Source: the human T2T-CHM13v2.0 reference genome, Homo sapiens
Assembly: GCF_009914755.1 (NCBI RefSeq)
Contig: NC_060925.1
DNA length: 64,000 nt
Direction: 5' to 3' (one strand)
Shown: in pieces, positions 41,071 to 55,530 of the stretch
How the letters are laid out: every line of letters starts with the position of its first letter
Position numbering within the stretch: the stretch's first letter is position 1
Program-made: the position numbers and the translations under genes
Notes under the pieces: generated by a model
What the model was told of the DNA's origin: nothing
Database searches by the model: none
Seen by the model: only the letters and a program-made list of their open reading frames with translations

Positions 41071-41544
41071 CAGCCACCTGGGACCTTTGCAGCATTCCGA
41101 TGCTTGATGCTTTTGGCGTACATGTGAAACCGCATGTTTTACATTGAGAAAGTCTGGCATGACCATAGCTAGTCCTGGGTAGCCAGGATTCAGGGTCAAG
41201 TGTGGTAAGATCTCAGGTGCTCTCTGACTGAAGTTTGTGAGATTTTAAATTCAACCCAAGACTTCCACTGAGCTTAACGCTTTGGATAGTAGGCAGGGCT
41301 TGCCAAGTGGCATGTTTATGCCCATGCAAGTCTGACTTCTGCATCTCTGCCTGTGCTCAAAGGAGTGACCTGCCTGTACCTGGGACAGTCAGAATGGAGC
41401 TGGAGGATCCTCAACACTTCCTCCCTTTCTCTTCACTTGGGGGCCTTCAGAAGGAGAATGTGAAGCTCAAGAGTTCATGTGAAACACGGATCTGAGAACT
41501 GTGCATATCCTGAGTCTGTTTGCACTGGCATCCCTTTTGGGGAG

Positions 41545-42338
41545 CTAACCCTGCTGACTTTATTTCCAGGATCCTCTGTGATATGGTTTGGCTGTATCCC
41601 TACCCAAATCTCATCTTGAATTATAGCTCTCATAATCTCCATGTGTCATGGGAGGGACCTGGTGAGAGGTAATTGAATCACGAGGGCAGGTTTTTCCTGT
41701 GCTGTTATCATGATAGTGAATAAATCTCATGAGATCTGTTGGTTTTATAAAGGATGGTTCCCCTGCACACAGTCCTTTGCCTGCTGCCATGTAAGACATG
41801 CCTTTGCTCCTCCTTCATCTTCTGCCATGATTGTGAGGCCTCCTCAGCCACATGGAACTGTGAGTCCACTAAACCTCTTTTACTGTATAAATTACCCAGT
41901 CTTGGATATTTCTTCACAGCAATATGAAAATGGGCTAATACACTCTGTCAGCTGCCTGCTGCCTGGATTTGGCCAATAAGAAACATTGGTGGGCATCTGG
42001 ATGGTGGAGGAAGAGGGAGAACCTAGGATATTTGTCCCTTTCCCTTTCTGTCTTGGTGGCTTCTCTAGCTGCGGCTGCATCCCCTCCACGGCTCCAACTC
42101 CTCTAGGTTCTGTGGCTCCGGTCTCTTGAGTGGCCCTGGCCCATGACGTTACCTCCTCCCTTTGTCTCTCCAATCTAGAGGTGACAGTGACTTCCTGCTT
42201 ATCTTTGGTCACCTCACTGTCACCTGGTGGGGGTTCAGTTTCTCTATGACCTATGTAACCAATTCCCTGCACTAAATTCCTCCTATTATAAATTCTTAAG
42301 GTGATTTCTGTTTTCATGGTTAAACTCTGACTCATACG
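41545..42338 (+). mobile_element. LTR33-like (ERVL) LTR interrupted by THE1
   Basis: gcctggatttggccaataagaaacattggtgggcatctgg...ccaattccctgcactaaattcctc...ttctgttttc...ctgactcatac. Confidence 0.6.
41579..41942 (+). mobile_element. THE1 (B/C-like, MaLR) solo LTR
   Basis: tgatatggtttggctgt...gggctaataca, 364 bp. Perfect 5-bp TSD ctctg at 41574-41578 and 41943-41947. Confidence 0.93.
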
Positions 42339-42377
42339 AGAATTTTGTTCTTCTAGTGGAGTTGGGGTCTAATTTAA

Positions 42378-42833
<456 letters not shown>

Positions 42834-42921
42834 AGAACCCCCTTTTTATGGACTATCTCATGGGAAATATGCCCAATAAGACCCACTCTGGGAAACCGTT
42901 ATGGCCTACACTTGGATTTTT

Positions 42922-43177
42922 TTTTTTTTTTTTGAGACGGAGTCTCACTCTGTTGTCCAGGCTGGAGTGCAGTGGTGTGATCTTGGCTCATTGCAACCTC
43001 CACCTCATGTGTTCAAGTGATTCTCCTGCCTCAGCCTCCTGAGTAGCTGGGATTACAGGCACCCACCACCACTTCTGGCTAATTTTTGTATTTTTATTAG
43101 AGACAGGGTTTCGCCATGTTGGCCAGGTTGGTCTCGAACTCCTGACATCAGGTGATTCACCCACCTAGGCCTCCCAA
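42922..43177 (-). mobile_element. Alu (S-type), 5'-truncated
   Basis: TSD acacttggattttt at 42908-42921 and 43178-43191. Confidence 0.93.
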
Positions 43178-43587
43178 ACACTTGGATTTTTGACGGCCCA
43201 TTTGGTTACACACTGGGTTGGAGCTAGAGCTATTTTCAGAGGAAAAATACTGTCTTCTCTATGGACAGGAGTAACTGTCCATTTGGGTTCAAGTCCTGGT
43301 TTACCATGCTCCATAAGCTGGGCATTACTGATTTCCTTAGTATTTCCTTAGGGTTTATTTGTCCATTCTCAGCCACAGTAGAAAGCTGAGTCCACATCCT
43401 CTGATTATAGTTAAGGAGCTGAAACAGGACTTTTAGTAGGAGTGAATGGGGTAACCCACAGACCACCCTTAGCACAGTGCTTGGCACTTGGGAAGGATTA
43501 AACAAATGCTGGCTGCTGTGAGCTCCACCTGCACTGCTCCAGACCCTCGATATATCCTCACTCAGGTTAAAAAACAGGCTAAAACCT

Positions 43588-43842
43588 TGGGAGGTTGAGG
43601 TGGGCGGATCATAAGGTCAGGAGATCGAGACTGTCCTGGCTAACACGGTGAAACCCCGACTCTACTAAAAATGCAAACAATTAGCTGGGCATGGTGGCAT
43701 GTGCCTGTAGTCCTAGCTGTTCAGGAGGCTGAGGCAGGAGAATCACTTGAACCCAGGAGGCAGAGGTTGCAGTCAGCCGAGATTGCACCACTGCACTCCA
43801 GCCTGGGTGACAGAGCGAGACTCCAACTCAAAACAAACAAAC
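43588..43842 (+). mobile_element. Alu (Sc-like), 5'-truncated
   Basis: 19-bp TSD aaaaaacaggctaaaacct at 43569-43587 and 43843-43861. Confidence 0.93.
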
Positions 43843-44654
43843 AAAAAACAGGCTAAAACCTGCCTCTAGACTCGGTAAATTTCACGGCTACCTCCCATAG
43901 ATTCTGAGATCTTGCTAAAGTCTCAGGGATCTAGGTTGCATGGGAGACCCAGAGCCTCTTGCATACGTTAGAGCCCATGACAACCCTTGTCCCCTGCAAA
44001 GCTTATTTAGGCCCTGCCTGGACTCTTGGGGATTGGCAGTGGGGGGTGTCTGAGCCACTCTCCAGTTCTGTCTTCTGGAGGTACCCTCTCTGCTGTGTCC
44101 TCAAGTAGTTAGCTCTGCTCTGCCTGGCCCAGCCCATGCAGCCTGGAAATCCTAGTGATCTGAGCCCCAAACAATCCCCCACCCCAGATACCTGTTCCCC
44201 CATCATCCAGCAGAAGTAAGGAAATGGAGAGAAGTTGCTACAGGAGCATTTGGAAATGGGAACCAATGTCAACTCTTGCACCAGGGACCAAAAGCTCAGA
44301 CTGGTGCAAACAAAAGTGTTTTTGTCCCCAGGGGCTGGTGACCATGGTCACCTCCCAGCCAAGAAGCAGTGAGCTTCACAGAAAACTCCTTACTCCAGCT
44401 TGCACCAGGACAGGGCCCTCCTTGAAGCCTGGGGAGCTGACATTTCCAAGAAAGGGGTGGTGGGGGAGGTGGGACCGCAGCTGGGCCCCCGACCCCCTGC
44501 CGTCCTCAGCTTGGAGCCAGGGCCGGAAGGACCACTTCTAATAGTGACTCAGCCTTTGTCTTTGGCCAGCCCGGCTGCATGGGGCCAGGCGGGGTCTCTG
44601 CAGCTGGCTGAGTTTGCTTCCGCAGTTCTCAATCCTGGGTTTTTTCCACTGACC

Positions 44655-45600
44655 CCCAACTTTTTATTTTGGAAGTTTTCAAATTTACAGACAAGCTGAA
44701 AGAATGGTCTAATTATTACCCATGAACTCTCCATCTAGATTCAGCATTTGTTAACAGTTTGCCATCTTTCCTATCTCTCTTTTTTTGGTATAGTATTCGA
44801 AAACGGGTTGTAGGCATCATGATTCTTATCCCTAAATAATTCTCACGCTTCTCCTAAGAATAAAGACAATCTTCTTCATATCCACAATGCCATTATTGCA
44901 TGTGAGAAAATTAACAGTAATTCCATAATATCAGTTAATTTCCAGTTTATATCCATATTTCCCAATTGTCCTAAAATGCATTTTATAGGTTTTTTTTATA
45001 GTTCAATTTAAAAAAAACCTAATTATGGCATATGTTTTTATGCTTTGCATTTTGTCTTTTAAAATCTAGAATCCCAGCACTTTGGGAGGCTGAGGTGGGA
45101 GGATTGCTTGAGGCCAGAAGTCGGAGACCAGCCTGGGCAACATAGTGAGACCCCCATCTCTAAAGTCAGGTGTGGTGGCACACACCTGTAGTCCCAGCTA
45201 CTCAGGAGATTGAGGCAGGAGGATTGCTTGAGCCTAGGAGTTAGGGGCTGCAATGAACTCTGATTGTGCCACTGCACTGCAGGCTGGGCAACCGAGTAAG
45301 AAACTGTGTATCTAGGAGGAAAAAAAGTAAATAAAATCTAGAATAGCCCTTTTAACTTTTTTTTTTTCTCCTATCAATTAGCTTTTTGAAGAGTCTAGGC
45401 CAGTTTTCTTGTACAGTAGAAGTTTCTACACACTGGATTTGTCTGATTGTTTCTATGTGATGTCATTTACCTTGTTTTTCCATCTTCATTTTTTTCCTGT
45501 AAGCTGGATGTTCATCCTAGATGCTTAATTAGATTCAAATTAAACTGTTTATAAGAATATGTCCCTAGTACTGTGCACATCACATTGTAACACATCAGGA
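44655..45600 (-). mobile_element. Old L1 (L1MC/ME-like) 3' end containing an AluJ
   Basis: ttattttggaagttttcaaatttacagacaag...ctagattcagcatttgttaacagtttgcc...ttctcctaagaataaagac...ggccagttttcttgtacag. Confidence 0.7.
45070..45330 (+). mobile_element. AluJ, 5'-truncated, linker deleted
   Basis: J-type ggaggattgcttgagg...ctgggcaacatagtgagacc; TSD taaaatctagaat. Confidence 0.9.
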
Positions 45601-46644
45601 ACGTATTCTAGTTCGAACTTTTCTTGGTGTTCAACTTGAAAGCATGAAATAAGGTTTGATGATCACCTATCATATGCCAAGGGCTTTGCAGAGCTTCTTA
45701 TCTGGACTTACAAAACAATTTGGAGGAGAGGAGATTGGCCTCCTTAGTTTATAGATGAAGAGCTGAGGCACGGAGGTGGCAGGGGCAGAGAAGAAAATGA
45801 ACACTTGTCAAGGAACCATTGGTGTCCAGGGATGGGGCAGGTGTGAAAGCCGTGATGCTTTCATTATACAGGGAGCTCTGGGAAGTTAGATGGCTCACTT
45901 AAGTTCCCAAGGTCAGTTGAGGGGTAGAGCTAGCTTCATATTCAGATCATCTTCCTCCCAGTCCTGACCTCTCCCTGGATGTCCTTTTTGGGTTCTGCAT
46001 GTCCAATGGATGCACTAGTCTGGAGTCCAGGCTCCATCGTGCTGGGTCAGCCTGGCATGCTCATGTCCTCAGTAGGCCCTGAGTGGTGACTCTGAAGGCC
46101 TGGAATCTGAGAAGATGCTTTAGGTCAGCGGCTGTTTATTTTAGTCCCTCATGACACTACCAGGACCAGAATAGGGTGGGTAAGTGGGTATTTCTTCTAC
46201 CTCTCCCAAGAATTCAAGTGTAGGTGGAAGGAGGTGTGGCAGTGAGACCCGAGGAGGCCTCCTAATCTGGGGAAGCTAAAGGGCCAGACCACAAGCCCAG
46301 TGTCTAAGCAGAAGGCATCTGGGGAAACTGGGGCCTGATGAGGGGCAGAGGCTTGCCTCAAGTCACAGGTGGAGGCAGAGCTGGGAGTGGAACACAGGTG
46401 AGAGTCTGGACTCCTTAGGCAGTGAAAACTGTGTGAAAGGTAATCTTTTTTCAGAGTGGAACGGGAGCTGGAAGAGGAGTGCTCAGTGGAGGGCTGCAGG
46501 GGTGAGCTGATGGAGGTGGAGGTGGGCAGAGAGAGAACAACACAGGCAGGAGGCCACTGGCTTTCAAAGTGTGGGGTCCCCCAAGGTAACACAGGGCGTG
46601 GGTTGTAGGGTGCATGTGTGTCTGTAGGAGTTCCCCAAAGACTT

Positions 46645-46903
46645 TCTTTCTTTTTTCTTTTTTTTTAAATTGAGACAGAGTCTCACTGTATCGCCCAGGC
46701 TGGAGTGTAGTGGCCACAGTCTCTGCAATTTCTACCTCCTGGGTTCAAGCGATTCTCCTGCCTCAGTCACTGAAGTAGCTGGGATTACAGGCATGCACCA
46801 ACACACCTGCCTAATTTTTGTATTTTTGGTAGAGATGGAGTTTTGCCATGTTGGCCACACTGGTCTTGAGCTCCTAGGCTCAAGTGATCCACCACGCTTG
46901 GCC
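46645..46903 (-). mobile_element. Alu, 5'-truncated
   Basis: T-rich tail, then gagacagagtctcactg...; TSD cccaaagactt on both sides. Confidence 0.9.
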
Positions 46904-47139
46904 CAAAGACTTGCTTCAGTGACATCATAGTGCCTCCCTGGCAGACACTGGGAGGACCTTCACTTCATCCATTCCCATCGCCTTGATTTCACCTTCATCT
47001 TCTCACTCGGGACTCTGATATCAGCCTCCTTGAGGGTCTCCAGCTGCCAGTTTCACCATTTCTAATCTATCTTCCACCCCGTGGCCAGAGCACTCTTTCT
47101 AAAACACCTCTGGTCAGGCCACTCCTCTTTAAACCTTTG

Positions 47140-47582
47140 TATCACTTAGCCGTTGCGATATAACAAACGACTCCAAAATTGAATGCCTTAAAAGAGGTCA
47201 GTGGGCCAACTCCACTGATCTCTGCTGGGCTCCATCATGTGTCTGCTGGCAGGTCATCTGGGAACCACTGGTGGCTGGATGACCCGGGATGGACTCGCTG
47301 ACATGTTGGGTTGTTGGCAGGTTGCCAGTAATTTGGGCTGGGCTCCTCTGGGACACCTCATTTCTCCTCCGTGTGGCCTCTTAGGCTTGTTTCCATGGTG
47401 GTCTCAGACTTCAAGAACACTTTTCAAACCTTTGTGCTGCATTTGCTAATGTCCCCTTCTGCAAAGCAAGTCACATGGCCGACATGCTCATGTCCAGATG
47501 TAGTGGGGAGACTGGGGTGGGCAAAGAGATTCCACCTCTTTATGGGAAGGGGAAATTTGTAACCATTTTGCAGTCTACCACA
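47140..47582 (-). mobile_element. MLT1 (MaLR) LTR
   Basis: taacaaacgactccaaaatt...aaagcaagtcacatggcc...ccattttgcagtctaccaca. Confidence 0.55.
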
Positions 47583-48079
47583 ATCTTTCCAGACTCCACA
47601 GTGCTCTCAGGATACAGTCGTACCCTCTATACTCTCTGTCACCTGTTCCCAAACTATCTTCCCATTGTGCACCCCACACAGAGCTTGTGCTGCAGTTTAC
47701 CCGGAATCTCACCATTTTCAAAGCACCTTTCTTCTCCAATGCCTTTGTGTGTGCTGTTCTCTTTGACTGGGGTGCCCTCCCCACCTCTGCATCCTGTGCT
47801 TATTTATTCTTCCAGGTCCAGCTCCAATGCTACCTTATTCTAGAAGCCTTTTCCGCTTTATCTCCATCTGCATGCATCCTCACTTCTGGATCTCAGAGCC
47901 TTTTGCTTGCGTGTGTGTTGCTGCACTTCTTTCCCATTGTCTGGGAGCACAAGCTTTGCTCGTGGCTAGTGGAGCAAGAGCTCTGAGTAAGGCTCTCCGT
48001 GTTAGAATCCCAGTTCCTTCATGTACCTCATGACCTTGTGCACAGCACTTTACTTCTAAGCTTCTGTTTTCTTATTTCC

Positions 48080-48375
48080 TTTTTTTTTTTTTTGAGACAG
48101 GGTCTCACTCTATCACCCAGGCTGGAGTTCAGTGGGGCCATCTTGGCTCACTGTAACTTCTGCCTCACGGGTGCAAGCGATCTTCCCTCCTCAGCCTCCT
48201 GAGTAGCTGGGACTATAGGTGCATGCCACCATGCCTGGCTAATTTTTGTATTTTTTGTAGACATAGGGTTTTGCCACGTTGCCCAGGCTGGTCTTGAACT
48301 CCTGAGCTCAAGCGATCCCTCCACCTCGGCCTCCCAAAGTGCTTGTGTTACAGGTGTGAGCCACCGCACCTGGCC
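48080..48375 (-). mobile_element. AluJ
   Basis: gagacagggtctcactct...aactcctgagctcaagcgatcc; TSD gttttcttatttc. Confidence 0.92.
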
Positions 48376-49829
48376 TCAGTTTTCTTATTTCTAAGAAAAG
48401 AGGGACAAGAAAAGCCCTTACTTTGTAAGGTTGTTTTGTGAAACTAATGATGTGCCTGTGAGGTGCTTGGCAGGGTGAATGTGAGCTCCCATGAGGCTGT
48501 AAGCACTTTGTGAACAGGAGCTATGTTGGCTAAATCTCCTCCCCAGAGGGGAAGATTTAGAACACTCCTCATGTGATCTATGTCCACATGGCTTGACATG
48601 GAACAGGTCCAGGGTAGAGATCCTCAGTGATCATTTTTGTGAATTGACAACTCCCCCAGATAACAATGCGTCCCTGCAGATGCAGCAGACATAGGGCTTG
48701 CCTGGTTTAGGCTTTTCCTCAGCACCCCTCAGTGTGGGACAAGACTTGGCTGGGCCCACAGCCAGCAATAAAGTGGATGCTAATAACATCATTATATGCT
48801 GAATAATTAACTGTCATTTAAATATTCATATGTTGTTGGGGGCAAGGCCTTTTATCAGCATCTGGGGACGTGTCGGCAGAGGAAGGCGATAGATGTCGGC
48901 AAGGCTGACTTTGCCTGTGAAGGGCGATCTAGGGTCCAGAGAGAGCCGTGGAGTGGCCACCAGACAGTAAGCTAATATATAACCGCAATATTCTCACGTG
49001 ATAAACTGCAATTTCATAAATGCTTGATGCATATGTGCAAGCCTGAAACAATATTGGAAGCATTAATTTCATTTGACTAATGCTTATCTATATTTTATTC
49101 TGTTCCATTTTTAAAGAACCCTCTCTTTCTTTCATGCAAAGGGAGGTGGGGCCGGAGACCTGCAGAAGGGCTAGAGTAGAAGGGCCTGGAGGTTCTTACC
49201 ATCTGTCTGCTGTGCTGCAGGTGCAGGTTGGGACCAGGCTGGTGGACTGTCCCTGAGCCTAGGAGCCCTGCCTTGGGGAGTTCTGACTCTGGTTCCTTGG
49301 GAGAAGAACTCAGGCTCTTGGTGGCATCAGGGGAGAGCAGCATGGCACCTAGTTCCTGGCCAGCTGGGTTGAAGCTGCTGTCAATTCCTCAATTGTTTCT
49401 GCAGGGGTGAGCCTGGAAGGGATGCCCTAGTGACCCTGCAGGGAGAGGTTTGGGAAGGTAGGGACTGTTACAAAGCAACTACCCCATGGTGGTGAAGTGG
49501 GCGTGGGAGGAGGAGGAGGGGGAGGGGAGAAAGAAAGTTAAGGGAGAAGGACAAGGGGCTGGAGGAGGATGGAAAGAAGAGGGAAGAAGAGAAAGGCAAG
49601 AAAGGGATGAAGGAGCCTGAAGGGGCTTGTGCCAAAGGAGATGGCTACCTTGGAGGGAGCAGGGCAGATTGGTGTGGTAATTAAGAGCAAGGGTCCTGGA
49701 ACTGGACAGTCCTGGACTTGAGTTTTAGCTGTGCCTCTAACTAGCTCTGTGACCTTGGGCAAGGAACCTACCTTTTCCAAATGCCAGTTTCCCATTTGTC
49801 AAATGGGAAAAATTGTAGTACTTAACTGA

Positions 49830-50350
49830 TGTATTCATTGTACATTTTTGCATAAATTTGAACAAATTACCACAAACGTAGTGGCTTTAAACAACACACG
49901 TCTCATAGTTTCTGTGTTAGGGGTTTTGGCAAGGCTTGATTAGATCCTCTTCTGACAATCTCACAGAGCTACAGAAAAGGTGTCAACCAAGAGGCATTCT
50001 CATCTGGAGGACTGACTGGGGAAGGATCTGCTTCCAAGCTCACTCAGATTGTTGGCAGGATTCACTTCCCTGCAGTTGTAGGACTGAAGGCTCTGGCTCC
50101 TGCTGGTTGCAGGAGGTAGCCTGCAACTCCTAGTTCCACAGTTCCTTGCCATGTGGGCTCCTCCAACATTGCTGCTTATGTCATCCAGCCAGCAGGGAGA
50201 GCCTCTATCTCCAGCCTGCTAAGATGGTCCTGGGAATGGGATGTAATAATGGGACAGACCGCCCATTACCTTTGCCATATCCTATTAGTTAGAAGCATGA
50301 ACACCAGGAGGCTGGAGTCATAGCATTTACCTTCAGGCTTGTCTGCCATA
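49830..50350 (-). mobile_element. MLT1 (E/F-like) LTR
   Basis: aacaaattaccacaaacgtagtggctttaaacaacac...gatctgcttccaagctcactcagattgttggcaggattc...tgtctgccata. Confidence 0.7.
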
Positions 50351-50899
50351 TCTGAAGATGACAGCCTGTAACTACTCAGCATTGGACAATGTTCTAGGTG
50401 CTGTATCCTACCTCATTTAATCTTCCGAACAACCCCATGATGTGCCATAATTATTGCCACTGTACTGATGAAGAAATGGCAGCCCAAGAGCTTAAGTAAC
50501 AGCCATATACTTAGTAGCAGGTAGAGTTTGGACTTGAATCAGGTACTCTGGTACCAGGACCCAGACTGATAGCCACCATACAATCCAGCCTCCCAGGGCT
50601 GCTTGTGAAGATAAACCACTTAGGATGCTGAGGACAGGTCTTGGTACAAAGTCTAATAAATACCACTCCAAAGTAACCCATTTGTGACTTGGCCTCCTTT
50701 GGTAGCCTCTGTGTGCTCCCTGTACCCTTGTTGTGACCACATCTGCAAAATCTTCACATCCCCAGGATCACCAAAGCCAAGCCCAGAGCATTGGAGAGCA
50801 AAAAGGGAGCATGGAGGAATGAAGTCGTGTGTTCTTCCCCTCATCTGAAACACCTCCAGCCCAAATCTATTCACCTCTCTGGCCTTCACTTAAATGTCA

Positions 50900-51723
<824 letters not shown>

Positions 51724-53663
51724 CTTCCACAGGGGGTCTGGGGCTCTGTGACATCCTTTACTTATCCCATCACTACCTTAGGCTTCTTCCAGGGGTTTCA
51801 AACTCACATTGGGGCCAGGAGCAAATGCAAATGAATCCTCTGAGTGTAGGGTAGTAAGGAGTGGTAGCATGGTGACAAAGGAAAAGTCCTTCCACATTCA
51901 AAAATTTTAAGGCATGATGTTGGCCAAATTCAGCCTGCAGACTGCCAGTTTGTGCCTTGGGATCCTGTTAGACTATGACCACCTTGTGAGCTGAAGCTGG
52001 GGCTGCAGAGAGGCTAGCACCTTAGGGCAGGGTAGTCAGAGGCACGTTCCTGGGCAGCCAGGTCAGGAAAGGCTCTCCTGCCTCCAGGCTAAAGTTGCTT
52101 GTACTGGACCATATGCCAAATGCCCTCTTAGTTGGGTACCCTGTGCAGGGCACAACCCATGCACTGTCCATGGCTCTGTCCCTAGTGTCCCATACGGTGT
52201 GTGGCACATAGCATGCATGTGGACTCAATACTTGTTGGATGTGTAATTGAATGAAATCCACTGCCTTCTCACTCACTCTTTACCCTGCTCAGGGATGTGT
52301 GACCTCCTTCACAAGAGCTCAGCTTCTCTTGACAGGCACTGTGGATGTGTGCATGTGTGTGCATGTGTATCAGTCACAGGCTTCAGTGACTTGGAACCCA
52401 AGGTCTTTGAGCCTTTGCTAGGAAATCACCGTGGCCTGTGACCAAAAGGCTGGGGCCAGGGACTGACTGACGGAGGGGGTTCCAGCCCGCTGTTGCCACT
52501 GCCCCAGCCACTTCCTTCCCATTTTCTCCCCACCACCCCCCTTGAATTCAAGATTCCCCAGAGGTCGAGCCTGGTGTAATTACAAGGTATCTGCTGCCTC
52601 CCCATAAATCTAATAGACTTTTTGGCCTTGTCAGATTAAAACTTACCTATCAACCCGCCGCAGTCCTCTAGATCTCCCTAAATCTGTACTTGGGAGAGAA
52701 TTTATGGCCAGGAATTGCATTTTGCAAAATGATTAAAGTTGCCAAACAGCCATAAAAAGTTGCAGGAGGAGATATGGTTTTTTTGAAAGTCTGCTTAATT
52801 TATAAGGGGTGGAAGGTTTATTGTCATTTAGAGTCCACAGCGAGGCAGCGATGGAGCGTTCGGCGGCAGCTGTGCACAGCTGCTCTCGCTTTATGCCTTT
52901 TACATGTTTTTAAATTGCCCTGTTTGAATCTGGCCTTCTGCAGCAGCAGAAACGCCCTGGTTTGCAGGAGAGAGGCTGTTCCTCCTGTCCTCTGTTGTTC
53001 AGCCCTGGTGGCCCCAGATCCCTGCCTCATCCCCAGGCTCACCTTCCAGAAGCTTTTCTGGCTGATCTCTCTGCATGCTGACTGCTCCATCCCATTCTAT
53101 GATCCTCTGCTCGTCTCTCTGAAACATTAACAAGCACTCACATGCGGAAAGGCTTTTAAGTTTATAGGCGATTTCACGTGTCGTATCTTAGTACTTATCA
53201 CCCTGGATTAAATGATTAAATGAGATAAAACATGTAAAGCTCTAAATACAAGGCTGCTACCTAGTGAGCTAATAAATAGAATTAGGGCTCCCATTTATTG
53301 ACCACTTACGAGGCGCCAGGACCTCTGCTCTGAGCGTCACATGCATTAATTCATATAATCTTGCCTGCCACTCTCTGAGGTAGCTGTTAATTGTGTTTGT
53401 GTTTTAGGAAGCCTAAAGAACTGAACCATGCAGTCAATGTTCAATGAATATTAGCTGCTTCTATTCATATTATTAGGGCAGGAGTCTTTTCTGTTCTTCT
53501 TCCACATTGGCACCTAGTAGGCACTCAATGGGAATTGCTGAATGCAAGCAGGCCTGCATACCTGAACAACACTGCTGTCACTGCCTAATGACCCTCATCC
53601 TCTGTGGGTACAAGGATCAGACCTCAATCACCTGAAGTCTAAATTAGTACTAGACACATATTA

Positions 53664-53873
<210 letters not shown>

Positions 53874-54954
53874 TTAAATAAATCAAATCCTCACAGCAAT
53901 CCTATGAGGATGGTTTTGGGAATTCCATCTTACAGAGGAGGAATAGGAAGCTGAGAGGGAGTATAACGTCTGCTAAAATCACAGCTATAATGGCTGAGCC
54001 ATGATTTGGATTCCAAGTCCAGTGGGTTTTTTCCCACCTCAGCCCAGCTGACCACCTGTTAGGCATTTGGAGGTAGATTCAGAAATTTTTCTTCTTCATT
54101 ATTACCATATCTAATATTGATTAAATACCTAGTACTCACCAGCTGTACATACTGTCCCGAATCATGCTCACAACATACTTGCATGATGTTTATTATTTTC
54201 TCCATTGTATAGATGCGGAAATTGAGACTCAAAGAGGTTGAGCAGCAATTCCATGAGCTGAAACTTAAGCCCAGATGCATGTGATTCCAGAGGCAGGTAA
54301 TTATGATAAAGGATGGTGATTGCTATAATGAGGGAAGATCTCTAAACCCAGCCTGGCAAAGGCAGCGAGGAGAGGAGAACTGTCAGGGCAGGCTTCCTAG
54401 AGAAAGTGGCTTCTAAGCTGACATTTGAAGGATGAGTAGGGATTTGTCAGATAAATGATAGGGGATCATGTTCTAGGCAGAGGGAACAGCAGGAAGGCAA
54501 AAAAGAACAAGGCTGATTGAAGGATGTGACTGTTGAGCCTGGCCAGAGGCAGTCTTGGATTCCCTCTGGCCTCAGTCTCAATCTCCACCTCCCTGGGGTG
54601 CAGAGATGCTCAAGGTGGGAGAGGAACCCATCGGCTGTGGGCTGGGCTGCTTCCTAAGTTTTCATCAGCTCTGCCCTCACTCTCGGCTCTTTTTTCCAGG
54701 CCCAGGCCCACTCGCCTCCTGTGAGTATCAGGGAAGTCCAGTGCTGCCTGCTGCTGGCCTGTGATGGATGAATTGGCCCTCTTGGACTTGGTCCAGTGCT
54801 TTCAAACTCGACTTTGTCCCTCCATCCATATGTTCAGGCTTTTTTCCCTCCTCCCCACAGCCTGGGCATGGCAGGTGAAGGAGCCTCCTCCTCTACTTTC
54901 TCTGCTTCTCAAATGTTCTAAGACTTGGGAGAAGCCCAAAGACCTCCAGGCTCT

Positions 54955-55530
54955 TCACTCATTCATTCAACAGATACCTTCTGAGCATCTGGTATGTTCT
55001 GGATTTTGTCGTAGGGGTTGTGAACACAGCAGGCCAGGTTGTTGTCCGCATGGAGGTTATCATGAACAAATGCATCAACGAGAAGATTGTAGGGAATGGC
55101 ATGAGCTTTGATGTTACTAAAACAAGTTGGTGTCATTGGAAGTGACTGGGGGATGCGAGAGGGGCTGTTTTGCTAGCATGTAGGGAAATCCACTCCATAG
55201 AGGGGATGTTCGAACCGAGATTTAAATGAAAAGAAGCCACTCAGAGGAAGATCTAGAAGAAGAATATTCCACACCAAGAGAGCGACAAGTGCAAAGTTCT
55301 CAAGGTTGGAATGGACTTTACCAACTCAAGGAAGAGAAACGAGGCTGGAGCTTGGAGAGCAGGGGCAGAGGTGGGTAGGGATCAGATCCTGCAGGGGCTT
55401 AGAGCCCATTGTCAGACTTTAGATTTTACCCTAAGTGCAACTATAGCTCTTGGAGGCTTGGATCGGGGAGAAATGTGATCTGGTTTACACGGTAAAGGAT
55501 CACTCTGCTTTCCATGTTGAGAACAGGTTA
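54955..55530 (-). mobile_element. L2 LINE fragment
   Basis: tcactcattcattcaacagatac...ttagattttaccctaagtgcaa...gtgatctggttt. Confidence 0.65.
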
